Positions 36,167 to 56,170 of a stretch of DNA of 64,000 bases are shown here, one piece after another; positions within the stretch are counted from its first letter, which is position 1, and each line of letters starts with the position of its first letter. Made by a program: the position numbers and the translations under genes. The DNA is from Balanoglossus misakiensis (taxonomy: Eukaryota > Animalia > Hemichordata), in the NCBI GenBank assembly GCA_040954595.2, contig CM082593.2, positions 2,869,434 to 2,933,433 of the forward strand, read 5' to 3'. Under the pieces are notes generated by a model. The model saw nothing but the letters and a program-made list of their open reading frames with translations, was not told the origin of the DNA and searched no databases.

Positions 36167-38451
36167 ATGAGGCTTTACATCGAATGTGTACTTTGTCTGG
36201 GCTTCCTCACGGTTAGTAACTCTTTAGTAGTTGTATTTTTCACCCGACCATCCCTAGTTCTATTTACGATGCCAGATCTTTAGTAAAGAAAACGCAAATC
36301 GTTGCGGACTGATCGAGCGATCACAACAACTTTTCAACTCCAAGTGCGACAACACTTCCTGTATGGGACATATGAGATCTTGCTCCTACATTCGTCTGTT
36401 ACACTTTCTCTTGTCTGTCCTAATCGCGGAAGAAGTATTCTCTTGCTAATGAAAAACGCACGAGGATTCTGTAGTTTTATTTTGATGAGAGTGTAGTGCT
36501 AAAACTTCTGCCTGAGCTGATGGGCGTCATCATCATCTTGTGTTCATTTCCGAGGGCACAGTCTCCTCCGTATCATTTCCTTACTCCTATCCGCATCCCC
36601 TAACCTTTCTTGACGAAATGTTGTGGGCTTAGGTCGGCCAGAACTTCATCTTTCTGTAAAAGTTAGTCTGCGCGTGGTATACCACGTCGTCACGGTCAGT
36701 GACCATGATATTTTGAGTAAACAAGATTTATCCTTTGAATAGATAGGCCGTGCAGGTACACATGTACGTGCGTGTCACTGTTTGTCAATTTTCCGGGTTC
36801 AAACTCATTGATCAAGCCACTTCCATGCGGGAAAGTCAATCTTGTGAGCATGTGGTCAGGCCTACACCCACAAGTGTGCGTGTATGATCTGGTGAAACTT
36901 GTTTCAAGATGAGTAATACATGTAAATTTACCTGATCTCAACCCGAAGGTTATATCATACTTGACCCCTTCCTGATACCATGTATCATGGTCACATACAC
37001 ATTCACAAAACACTATGACCTTTCAGGATGTTCAAGGCCACTCAGCCAAAAATCAATGATTGCACCCAAAAGAAACAAACAAACAAAATACATCATAAAC
37101 TTATCCTGTAATTTTTTTACTCAACAGGCATTTGCAAAGCCAATCGAGGAAGTTAAAGACCCCAAAGGTAAGTATCACTGTTTTTAAAAGTGTCTTAGTC
37201 AATATGAACATTGCTGCCCCTGACTTATTTGGTCATTCAACTGCTTCTGTGCATTTCCCATGGAAAATCTCCCGGGACTGAATTGGTATGGTGCCATGAG
37301 TAGAGGGCGGGGTAGCTTGGACCAGTCCTGAGTGATGTAACACATGATGTACATTCGGGTGGAGGCAGGGAACAGGAGACCCTTTCTATAAATAAAAGTT
37401 TGATGCATCTATCATCAGTGGGGCGGCGGTCTTTCTCAGAATTTGGAACAGAGTGAAAATCAATTAGGCTGAGCTAACTAGATGACCACTCATGTGGGCG
37501 GTGGGCGGATGCCTGTTTCTTTAACAGTAGCACACACTGTTTTAACCATTACGCATAGTTTAGTTTACTGGCTTACGTGATGTTTATTGGTGAGGAAGCA
37601 TGCATGAGCTCTTATTATATGAGTCATCTCAACATCGTAAAACCTATTTTAGTGGGAACAGAACTTTATAATTTAGAAGGGGAAAAAATGACTGTGTTGA
37701 TTCAGTGTTTGTGGAATGCTTTCAAATTATTACTTTAAAAGCTCTCTAAATTACTTGTGTTCCTACAAAAAGTGAACTTTTTTCTGTTGTTTGTCTTTCA
37801 GAGTGTGGTGCCTGCCCTAGAAACTTGGATCCTGTGTGTGGAAGCGATAATGAGAACTATGGCAATGAGTGTATGCTGAATTTCAAAGCCTGCATGACAA
37901 ACAATACCGAGCTGAAAATGGAGTATCGTGGTCCTTGCAGAGAAAGTAATAGTAATGACCGGCAAAACGAAATAGGTGCGTCTAGTGACATTCATAGGAG
38001 TTGTATAAATAATGTACATCTACTTCAACTAATCTGTCGTATCTGTTTACTTTCATGTGTTGGACAACTAACATTTTTCTTTTCCTCCCCCTTGTTTTGC
38101 TTAATTTTTAAGGACCGTGTGCAAAAGAGAAGAATAAAATCTTTGCAAGGTTTGGCAACATGATTCCGATCGGTGCCCGAATACCGAGATGTGACCACGA
38201 GGGTTACTATGAGAAGATGCAGTGTAGTGGATCTACCGGTAAGTAGAACCTGGCCTTTGATATGCGATCAGAATGTGCAACCCCCACCAAACAACATCAA
38301 ACAAACCACCTCAGAAGAAAGTCTCTGACAAAGCTAGAGATCCTCACTAAGTTTTGCCATCTGCTCATATTATAACAATTTCCTTCTTCTCATCACAGGA
38401 AGCTGCTGGTGTGTTGACCCCATGGGCACCAGGGAAGACTGTGGAATCTAA
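36167..38451 (+). CDS. Small secreted Kazal + thyroglobulin type-1 domain protein (putative protease inhibitor), 5 exons, ~145 aa
   Basis: Exons 36167-36211, 37128-37167, 37802-37975, 38113-38238, 38399-38451 (438 nt, phases consistent). Signal peptide MRLYIECVLCLGFLTAFA; Kazal CGACPRNLDPVCGSDNENYGNECMLNFKACMTNNTELKMEYRGPC; TY1 GPCAKEK...[34 protein letters not shown] with the diagnostic QC and CWCV motifs. AATAAA at 38540. Confidence 0.88.
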
Positions 38452-41400
38452 ACCCGGAATCACCAGCTCGGAAAACCTTCAGATTCCCACACAAACTCTT
38501 TATGTCAAAGTTTTCAACCACCACGGTTCTCACAACATGAATAAAACAGTTGTAAACCATCCAGACTAAAGTGCAACTTTGACAGATTGTACGATGCACT
38601 ACATTGTATGTGTTTATTTTTATTACCAGTTTACACATGATATAGCTATTTAAAGTATATACATTGTATACAGAGACATATTTTACCTTTTATACTTAAA
38701 ATTATAGTCATATTTATCACTTTGTGTTAGTCCAAAGCTAGTACTACAATTTTTGGTCTAGTCACTGAACACAAAGGTTAGAGAAGTGTCTTGAACTTGA
38801 TTTGACCTTTTTTCTGGGAAAGTTATTTGAACCCATTCTTACAGATTCTGAAATCCTAAAATGTTGATGCCAACCTTTTTTTGTAGAAACAACACAATTT
38901 AAGTTTGTATCTAAGCAATATATGCTGCATATTTGAAGTATTTTAAATCGGCTCTATATGATTATTATGTCATTATACATGTACATGCATGTGAAATAAA
39001 TAAATAAATAAATGAAGTTATATTCAGGAAAAATCCTTGTGACTTGATAGTGTGTGTACAGAACCTTGGGCACTTTGATATAATTACCTTATGTGAACAA
39101 ACGTGACTCGCATGCGCATTGACCGCCACATATGCGTTTGTTATAAGGGGTTACTAAAAGTCGCTTGCGATTCGAATATACCAGTACTAAACCGATTTAT
39201 TCTTAGGGTTGTGCATAAAACGAAGTTTGGAGAATTTTCTTGATAGAGGGCGCATATCTCTGTGAGGAAGGACATGCTGCTCGATCCTCCCGAAGATATT
39301 TCGTCTGCTTTGCCAACTTACGGGAGAATCCTGTTACGGAGGCGGTGCAGGCTTAAGATATTGCGCTATAAGGGAAGTCGGTCGCCTCGTTACTATTCTC
39401 GAGTATGTCCTAGACATTTATGAAGGGGAGTGAAGGCCTACATTTAGTCACCCTGAGAAAAAAATGACAATAAAAAGTAACTTACAAGCCAGGAAAAGTC
39501 CCTTCACATCCATGATCGATGGTCATCTTCCGCACCCACGAGGTTACCACAATCTTGGAAAATCCAATCTATATTGTCACAGTCTTGACCTTTACGTTCA
39601 CTTATAGGTGTTGGAAACTGCTCCGGCAAATGAATAGGTCAGCCACGGTGTTTACACGTCAAAGATTGAGTTCCGAAATGATGGAAACGTGGCACCTCAC
39701 TGACCACTGACCTCACTGCGCTGGCTGACAACTATCCAATCGATATTTGTCATTCACAGGTGCGTTTTGTGAAGCCTGTGATTGGTTGATGCGATTGAAG
39801 GTTGTTTAGCATACCAAGATCACAGATGTTGTCATAATGCTACGCATTGTCAGTAGAACAATGTTCTCGTGTCGTGCAAACGCTCGGACATTCAACTCAA
39901 TATACGAATTAACCATTGTACTCCACTCGTGCACTGAAGGCAGTATTGCTTAACCTACCAGCTGACATTATGCTGAACCTGATTTTAAATGATGCCTCGC
40001 TAGTCCAATTCTACTGACAAAGAGACATCGAGGCAGACAAAAGCAACTCATAATGGCGCCTATAAAATATGATGCATTCGCAACTTGTTCTTACATGTTT
40101 CAGTCCAGATTTAATCTTGTGCAGACAGAGTTTACTGTCGGAGGAAAAGGCAATATTATGGATGAATATCTGGACTCCCCATTCCAGAATTTACTTTTAG
40201 TGAGAAACTTTGTTATAGACTTTCCGGCTCTCGCTCTTAACTTCTGCATTAGTGGTTAGTTGTATAGGGCCGCTCTTCAGTGAACATACACGACATATTG
40301 ATAAACGAACCTGCGCGTTTTTATCTTCCTTTTTAATGCCGCGATAAATGTTAACAGACGGGCAGCAATCATTTCTAATGGCCGTGGTATACCTAGCAGT
40401 CGTCGAGATGGTTTAGAACTCACATTCGTTTACGTTGACCAAATGAGTTTGCCCATTGTAATAACTTATTCATTCAAGCGTAAGTGTCTGTTATGTACCT
40501 GGAGCATTAACGATCTTTTGGCCCCCGCTTGTTAATGGAAATCTCGTTTCCCCGAAATTATTATGCTCTATATAACTTTCATCCTTATATTGTCTACTTG
40601 TACACTGAATATACGTCCACATTTCACATAACGCAAGACATGGAACGACATGACGTCATCTATAATACATGTTCAGATTAATAAAAGCATGACAAAAACA
40701 TTATTTTCTCATCTACCTACCTATGCCTACTATTTCTGAAATTTTGTTTGGCCCGAACGATCAAAATGAAACTTCTTCCGAAACTATATGCTTCTCTCTG
40801 TGTGTTAATGTTCTGGGGTTTTGGCCAATGTAAAGGATAATCGAAGTTTTCTGGCCACCTTGCTAAACACCCACACGCGAAAATGACGTGCTATACACAC
40901 ACCTAAAAGACGCGGCATGTGGCCATAACGAGGCAATCAAAGCTTTTTATGTATTAAAGGTAGATAGTATATTGCCACAATCCGTAATAAAGCGAATTCC
41001 CACAGGGGCAGTGTCGGTAAAAAACAACATCTCGTATAATGGCCGTGTGACACCACGATAAAAGCTCGTATCCAAAAATCGTGAACATGCGATACGTGTT
41101 TCTTCCGACGCTATGAACCATACTCCTTCTGTTGAAACAAAGCCCGTAAAAGCGACAAGGAGGTGCACCTGCCCATGCGCACAATATACGTGTCATTCTT
41201 GAATATGTAATATTTGGTTAAGGCTCCATTAGCTGTAACATTTCACTGCGAAACGGCTCTATCTTGTACCAAATATGTACCTGTTACTGTTGTTTCATGC
41301 ATCGCATTGATTATATCAAGTCAAATAATTTATGCTCTGCATTTGCGAATGTAATAATTTCGCGTCTAATTTATTACTTGAGATTAGATCAGAGACTTAT

Positions 41401-43360
41401 CCAGCACCTGAGATATTGGCAGTTTGACTATGTTTGGCATCAGATTGTGTAGCCCCATACATTTCGATTTAACGAGACAAATGGCTTGTTTACACGGGAG
41501 GTTCTGTGCGTGCGAAGAATTCGTCTAGGGAAGCTGTTGGAGACATTGTAATTGTAATTGGATGATGTGGATTTAGTCTGCAATCCAGGGCTAAAGCACT
41601 TCATGGCTATAGATACTAGGCTAGTTGCAAAGATAGACACAAAACAACACAGCAAATCAACAAAGCCCACAGAACAGAGTCAAGATGTCCGTGAAAAAGA
41701 TCTATGGGCCTGTATGTAACGTTAATGGCAGATGACATTGTTTATATCGCTGATATATTAGAAGAAATACTAGACGTTCAAAACGGAAAAGAAATGGACG
41801 AGTTTACATGTAAAACATGCGATATCGACGACGCGGAAGTAACCTTCTGCTCACAGTCACATTTCCAGGGAGTGTCTCCAGAGCGGTACCTAAGAGTGTA
41901 TGCACCAGCCGGGCCTTGGCGTCGGTATTATTTTGTCTTGCCTAAAGGCCGCCGGGCTCGTCTTAGAATATGGCAGATGTCTGGTGAAATCAGCGAAACG
42001 TCAACAGCCTTATCGTAAAATGAATCCGAGTGGGATATCTTCCATCACAATTTTCGCTATTTAGAAGTCTTGGGTATTTAACGCCCAAAGAGCTGACACA
42101 ATCTTCTCTTTATCCTAAGTCGACTGACAACCTTTTTTTTAATTTGAGGAGATTCTAATATCCATGTGTGCATACCACGATAGTTATGTACACTTGCAAT
42201 GGACGGCTGACTTTTCTGCATGGTTTAAAAAGATTTTGAACTATATTTCAACATGATCTATAGAAGGAACATCTGGGTGCAACAAGATCTAGGCTCATAT
42301 AAATTAATCAATATTTGATAGATCGGGTGTAGGGAATCTTTACCACTTCAAGATTACACAACTCCATATCTATCATAGAAAAAGGTGTAATTCAAATAAG
42401 CTGGAACAGATATGTATCGTTAATTCGGTATTCAAAATTGACAAACTTATGTCTACTGATCGATTCGCGACACTGCGATAGTAATCTTATGGCACAACCG
42501 TTTCCAGTTTATCTTACTATTAGAAAGTTCAAACACGATAATCTCGAACCATTTTTCATATTAGGCAAGTTTTTTTTCATTGCGCATGTCGACCGCATGC
42601 AGGAGAGATCTTCCATCACCGTGAACACAGTCCTTGGCGGAAAATGGTATATTGTTCGTGTCCGTTCCATTCAGCGAAATGACACTCAAGCCACTTCAAA
42701 TTATACCTTCACGACAGTTCAGTTACCGTCCCGAGTTCCACGGATCATACCAACGGCGCGTCACGTGCACTATAAGACACAAATTTTATTGTGATAAAAT
42801 GGTGAGCTTCTTTCCCCGCGAATTCGGCACGACATTACCGCCAACAACCATCTATTCCGAAAGAAATCCAGCGCATACGGCGTAATAAAATCATTAGGCC
42901 AAAACGATCACGAAAACCGATATTCAGGAACGGCTTAATCCCGGATTTCTCGAAAGACTGAACACACTGACGTCTTCAATCCTGTCTGAAGCGTTCGAGT
43001 TTAACGATTTTACGATCCGCACTTGTCGCCACTTTATGGAAAACAATCCAACCCTCGTTGCTAGAAAGCGATTCCTGGAGACGACATATATAAAGGAACT
43101 GTTTGTAGTAATTGATTTTTGCAAATCTATAGACGGGATCGTTTGTAAATCTGGCGAGTTGGATACACCTAACTGGAATCACACAAAGAAAACTCTCATA
43201 ATATGTGCCGGAATTGATTGAGAACGGAGAGAATCAGCCGATGGCACAAGACTAAAAACTATCAGATATACATGTCCCTTCAGAAGGGATTAAGGCCAAC
43301 CTGGCCAGGTTCATAGATTATCGTATTCCTTTGGAAGCGTGAAACACTTACTGGCATTGC

Positions 43361-50408
<7,048 letters not shown>

Positions 50409-53400
50409 TGCACGCGCTCTGAAGAAGACGCGGAGACGCAGCACCGCGGTGAATGACTCAGGCCTACTGCAAAGAGTCCATGCACATTTTACCACACCAC
50501 ACAGGAAACCTGTCGCATTGGTTATGCTTGCCTGTGCATAGGAATCCAGAGTATTACTAGAATGAATCAGCATGCAGAGTCCAGGGCCTACGTCAGACAA
50601 TATGTTTATTGTTAGAGGAGCCCGGTAAACTGGATTTCAAAGCAAATCAAGCTGCATAATGCGAAATATAGATATTCAAGTAGAATCAAGTGGATGACGA
50701 AATAAAAGAGGCCAAAATGGCAGTCTAGTCCAAATCTCTGGATTTATACGAACAATTTTGTAACACACTTCATGCTTCAAAGACTCGATGCACTTCCACG
50801 AAAAATGAAAACCATGCCAATTTGATAATAAATTATTGCAATTTGCCGAAAAGATTGGAATCAGATGGCGATACATATACATTGGAATAAATGCATGTGA
50901 CTGCCCTAGAACCAGACCTCCAAAAGGGGAATATGGCAACAAATTAACACTGCAATCGTTGTGAAATGTTACGTAATCTCCTGGTGACAATTGATGTTAG
51001 GGGTATCACCCCTCGTTGCATGTTGCATGCTATAGTTCAATTACTCAGAAAGCACGGTACAGGTATCATGCACCCTGACTACGTTAACGACAGTAGGGGG
51101 TCATGTCAGAACCCTTCGGTTGAACTGGCACATGGATCTTCAAGAAAACGCCCAAAGATCAGTGCTTGTGTATCACATGTTCCCTGCGGCCAATTGTAGT
51201 TTCCTTACTGTGGCTATACTCTCACGTAATATTTGACTGTCGGAATATCCGGCTATTAGAACGGGTTTCCAACTCCCCGCGGTGATTGCATGAACAAGTG
51301 CCCACTTTTTTTAATTCCACGTGTTCAGATCTGATTAGCAGAGATTAGAAGGGAGGGTAGAACCATAAGGGTTTGTCGTCTCGCAGAAAATGCAGCCATT
51401 ATGTACTAGTATATCCGCAGGGCATTGGATTCAGGAGTGGTCCATTCTATGGCATTCTCCTAATGCAATGAGACGGACAGAGTAGTTGTTCATATGAAAC
51501 GCAGAACACCTTCGTCTGCTTGTTTTTGTCATTGGTTGGGTTTAGGAGAATAGACTGCGCCCTCGGACGCCAATGTGGCTTCGACCATGCGTTCACTCTC
51601 TGCTACTTTATGGTAACTCGCCACTTGATGGCGCACTCGAAGACGAGGGCGGTATTTTATACATCTTAAGCAAAATTACTTCGTTTATTCACTGCGCAAT
51701 GAGTGACTTTATGCACAAGAGTAGAAATGAACTCCGACGCGTGCTGGCGTACTGACTGACCGGCAAGTCGGCTGATGCTAAAAAAAAAGCGAAAGAATCC
51801 TGAGAACCTGTGGTGGCGTGAACCGAAGAACTTCAGAGTGTGAACAATTCTTCCTATGCCCCTCCCCCCAGAACTGATATATATCTTCACACCATATTCA
51901 TTTCATGCGAAAAGTACGGTCAATTTTCAATAAACGGAAATCAGGCCTTCGCTAAAGTAACCACCGGATTAACACGTTGCACGCTCCGTAACTTCCAACG
52001 AAAAACGTCCAAGCTCTGTGATTGCATCGTCGCGTCAATCAAGCGAAACTCAAGGCGCACGTCTTTTACATTTGGGAAGCTGGGGAGGACGAGAAATGAT
52101 CCGAGAGACATGCGAAAATTCTCCATGTTTTGTTTTTGCCCTCTAGTAAACGATGAAATTCCACAGTTTGACGCACAGCCTATAAACACAAATCGTCACT
52201 GCAAATATCCTCATATCTCGTTATATGTCGTGGATATTGCCACTTGTATGTTTATGATTTGCGATGGAGCTGATTTGAAGGAGGTCGATATAATTTGAAC
52301 GCTGGCGGCGTTTTCTTCCTAATCTTACAAACGAGTGTCGTGCCAAACACCGCCATGATGGACAGTAATACAAAGACATACCGCAGCCCCTCCATGGAGG
52401 AGGATGGACTGGGGTTATACTATATGACCTAGGCCTAACTACCGTTGTTTATACCGTTGCACATTCTGGAATTTACGTCGAGTTTTATCGACGATCTCTA
52501 TGCATCATTCACAAAGTGCTTTAAAGTACCACTCTGCTCGGAGCTTCAGGCAACAATACAGTTTTGTGTTAAAGCTTGTTATTATCGCCAGTTTCACAGA
52601 ATTAGGTGCGTCGTAGTCAAATAATTACTATGTGACACTCGTGTGTAAATTAGTTATTCATAGATGTTCTCAGGTCAAGTGAGAACGCAACGCGGTCGAA
52701 CGGAAATTTGTGATCTGTACATCTGGTTCGGTTTAAACGAAAGGCAATTCCATTGTGTTATTTCCTTCAAGTAGCGTATCTCACAGATGGTGGCGCCCTA
52801 CAGAAGACGCTAGTTTCGTGCTTTGCATGCTTTTGCACGCTTGTTCTCAGAGCAGAGTTTGAACATCAACCTCATACCTGCGCGCGCGTGAGAGTGACTT
52901 GAATGTTAAATGAAATTCCAGGACACACATCATCGGAATCTTTCACGTGATAGATACCCTTTCAAACACTTTGTTAGGTACATTTTTCACATGTTGCCAA
53001 GCTCTCGCATAAATGTAGTTTTCAGATGTATGCGGGTGGAATGCTTAATAATAGTCTCTCACGTGTCGCATACCGATGATTTAAAGATCCACAGTTTGAC
53101 TATTTTCTGAGAATTTTCTGTTTCGTGTTTAAATATCAATGACAAACAACCTCTTACACTACACTTAAATGAACTCAAAGAATGAATCAGGGGGTCACCA
53201 TGCAAATTTAGACTGGAGAAGTTTGTGTGGGGCTGCGGGTGGCCTCAGTGGCTTGGTTGGTAGACTGGTGGTTGGGTGGTTAGGTAGGTGGGAAGGTATG
53301 GGAGGTTATATTAAAACTTACATTTCAACATCTAGTCACTGCAGTACAACGTAAACATTATTTTCATGTTTTCAAAGTTTCATGCAAGCTAATCTAGACT

Positions 53401-56084
53401 TAAGTCGTTTGTATTCTCATATATCACTAAGCTTTGCTAAGTAAGATTTAATTATTCAAAATGTGCTGTCAGTTTTTGTAACCGGGTTACTCGTTTCACA
53501 CCGATCTGGACTTTTAAGAAGCCAAAGCATTATCACAGCTTTACAATATTTCATCTTTACCTGGGTCGTCTTTTCCCCTTCAGATCAAGATTGCTCGGAG
53601 AGAAGATTGTCAGTTTGACACCTCGCTCGTGATTGGAGAGTCGTCAAGCAACTGGTCAATAAAACATGCCGTGTGCGCAACATCGCGTCATATTTGCATA
53701 AAACGATCTAGACTTTCAGTCTGCGAGGGTTTACGCGAATGTCAAAGGTGGCCTAGTCAGGTGCGCAGAAGTGCGCTGATAATATGGAAATTAATTGTCC
53801 CCGGCTTCATCTTGCGCGGAAAGTGTGAAGGATTGAAAAACACATGATCGATATTTGCCCACCGGGTCCCCACCGACCATGCACGTGTCTCTTGCTGTCT
53901 GAAAACAGCGTCTGAAGGAGCTCACTGCCCATAAAGACATTAATATATAACAATAATGGGCAGGCAAAATTAATAACACATCGGTTCATAGGCTTCCCCT
54001 GAATTGATAGATAAGCAAAACTGGAAATATTAATAGGCCATCGTGATCCTGCGAGTAGGGGTCGACCGAAACAGGGATCTTGTTGTTCCGAGAGAGCAGT
54101 TTTATAATATACCGTGTCTCTGCCCTTGACAGGTTTAATTTTACGGTGGCAGTTACTAATTTTGCCCGCGTATTCATGAGTGACATTTGTTCGAGATGTT
54201 CGATCACACTTTGTGCCATTTTGGCCAGGGTTGCATTTTTAGTGAAACGTAATTTAAATCTTTCATTTCTTAACGGCCTAAGCAATCGTCTCTATATAAA
54301 TGGTGCATTTTTATTTGAAATTTAGAGGACGGAATATCAACCATAGATGTACTTTAAGTTGTAACCGGAGCGTATAAAAAACACGACGAAGATTCTTGGG
54401 GATCGTAAAATGGATAATAGGCGTGTCGAGATCATTGAACTGAATAAGACGGTTCCAGTGCAAATGTTGAATGGGTGGGTTTCTTACCAGCCACGGCGCA
54501 TGCGTGGGGGTAATTTCAGAATATTTGAGTCGGTTCAGTTCGTTACGTCTCATCAATATTGCATATGGACGGAGAGGGGAGTTGCCTGATGTGTTACCCC
54601 AAACTCGGAGCTTGAAGACAGGGTAGGTTCCAACCACCGCGAAAAGAAGTGCTTGCGTGTGCATTGGGTCCGTTTTCTTTTTCGAAGTCTCATCTCATCG
54701 AAGGGGCCAGAATTGACAGACTTTTGGACCAGAGCAGGCAACCATCGATCACGTCTTGCAAGGGTGACGCACACCGGCGTTTATAGGTAAGTGCTTATAC
54801 GCCTAAGGTTGTCGCATGATCATAAACGCTCACGAAACGACAAGGATTTGAACACCATGCAAGTGGTGTATTCAGATGCAATTTGCCCGGTTGTGCTGAG
54901 GAAAAATTTGACATCTATCTTCTGCTCTCAGCAGCTGCGAAAATACCGACAAATCTGCCACCGTAAGACACCAGCTTAGCAAATATGTAACTGCACCAAG
55001 CGGATCGATTGTTTCACAACTGTGAACGCTGCAGACAATTTTCCCCTCATATTTTCGTCGGACTGTACGTCGCATACGTTTACGATAGGCCGACTTTCTG
55101 CTATTCGTTGGAAAACACGTGTGACGCCGCCAAACGATAACAGATTAGACAAAACACGTGTAACTTTTGTGTAGTAAACAAGTCGTTTTCGACTCTGTGC
55201 CCCGTAGCGTACAGTTAGCCCTGACGCAAATAATACATTTCGAAATTTTCCGAATGTTCACGTTTGTCCCAGAACTAGATACGATGCTCCGATATTATTC
55301 ACAGTACTGTGTACGCACGCTCGCACTCTCGGCCATACATTATGATTTATCGAGAAAAAAGGCAACAAACTTCACGCAACGTGTCTTGAATATTTGGAAG
55401 TTGAAGAAAAGTGTAAGATTTTCAAATTTATCCGTCAATGCAAGCCAAGAAACATGCATACGAGCAGATCGGCCATGTGTAATATGAAGATACCCCCTCC
55501 CACCCCTAAAATATTAAACGAAGCCGTCTTTGACTGCTGCAATGAATGGTGGAAGGAACTATAACAAGATTATGGGGTGGTAAGAAGACGTGCCCGATAC
55601 TTCAAAGTGATAATTACCAGTCTCGTTAAAATAAATGAATAATGAAACTGTCGGTGCTAATTCGAACCTAAAGTGATTCAGACGATTTACGATTTTCTTT
55701 CTGATCTACGACACTAAGACAATTTTTCTTCGGCTTCGAGTGCAGTAAATTGTCCACATTGCAATGCTAGCACATTTGAATACAGCGCTCCCATATGCAG
55801 AGTATAATTATGGTAATAGGGGTACGAATATCAAATGAAATGAATATTTAATCACAATTACGTCATATCATATAATTACTGTAGGCGATGAAGACTTTTC
55901 TTTAAATATTTCTAATATTCTTTTAATGTCACTTCGTTTGTTATATTTAAGTGTCATACTCGACAAATATATAAAACGTGATTTCATACTGTTTTTTGAG
56001 ATCAACACGTTTTCTGTATCTTAGGTGCATTACAATACACGAGCGTTGCATTTTAAATTACTGTGACAATAGTATTTCGCAGAC

Positions 56085-56170
56085 ATTACTTCACATCACA
56101 GTAACACACTACATTACATTACATTACATTACACTACACTACACCACAACACACTGTACTGCATTACATT
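56085..56170. repeat. Degenerate (ACATT/ACACT)n pentanucleotide repeat
   Basis: ACATTACATTACATTACATTACACTACACTACAC... Confidence 0.75.
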
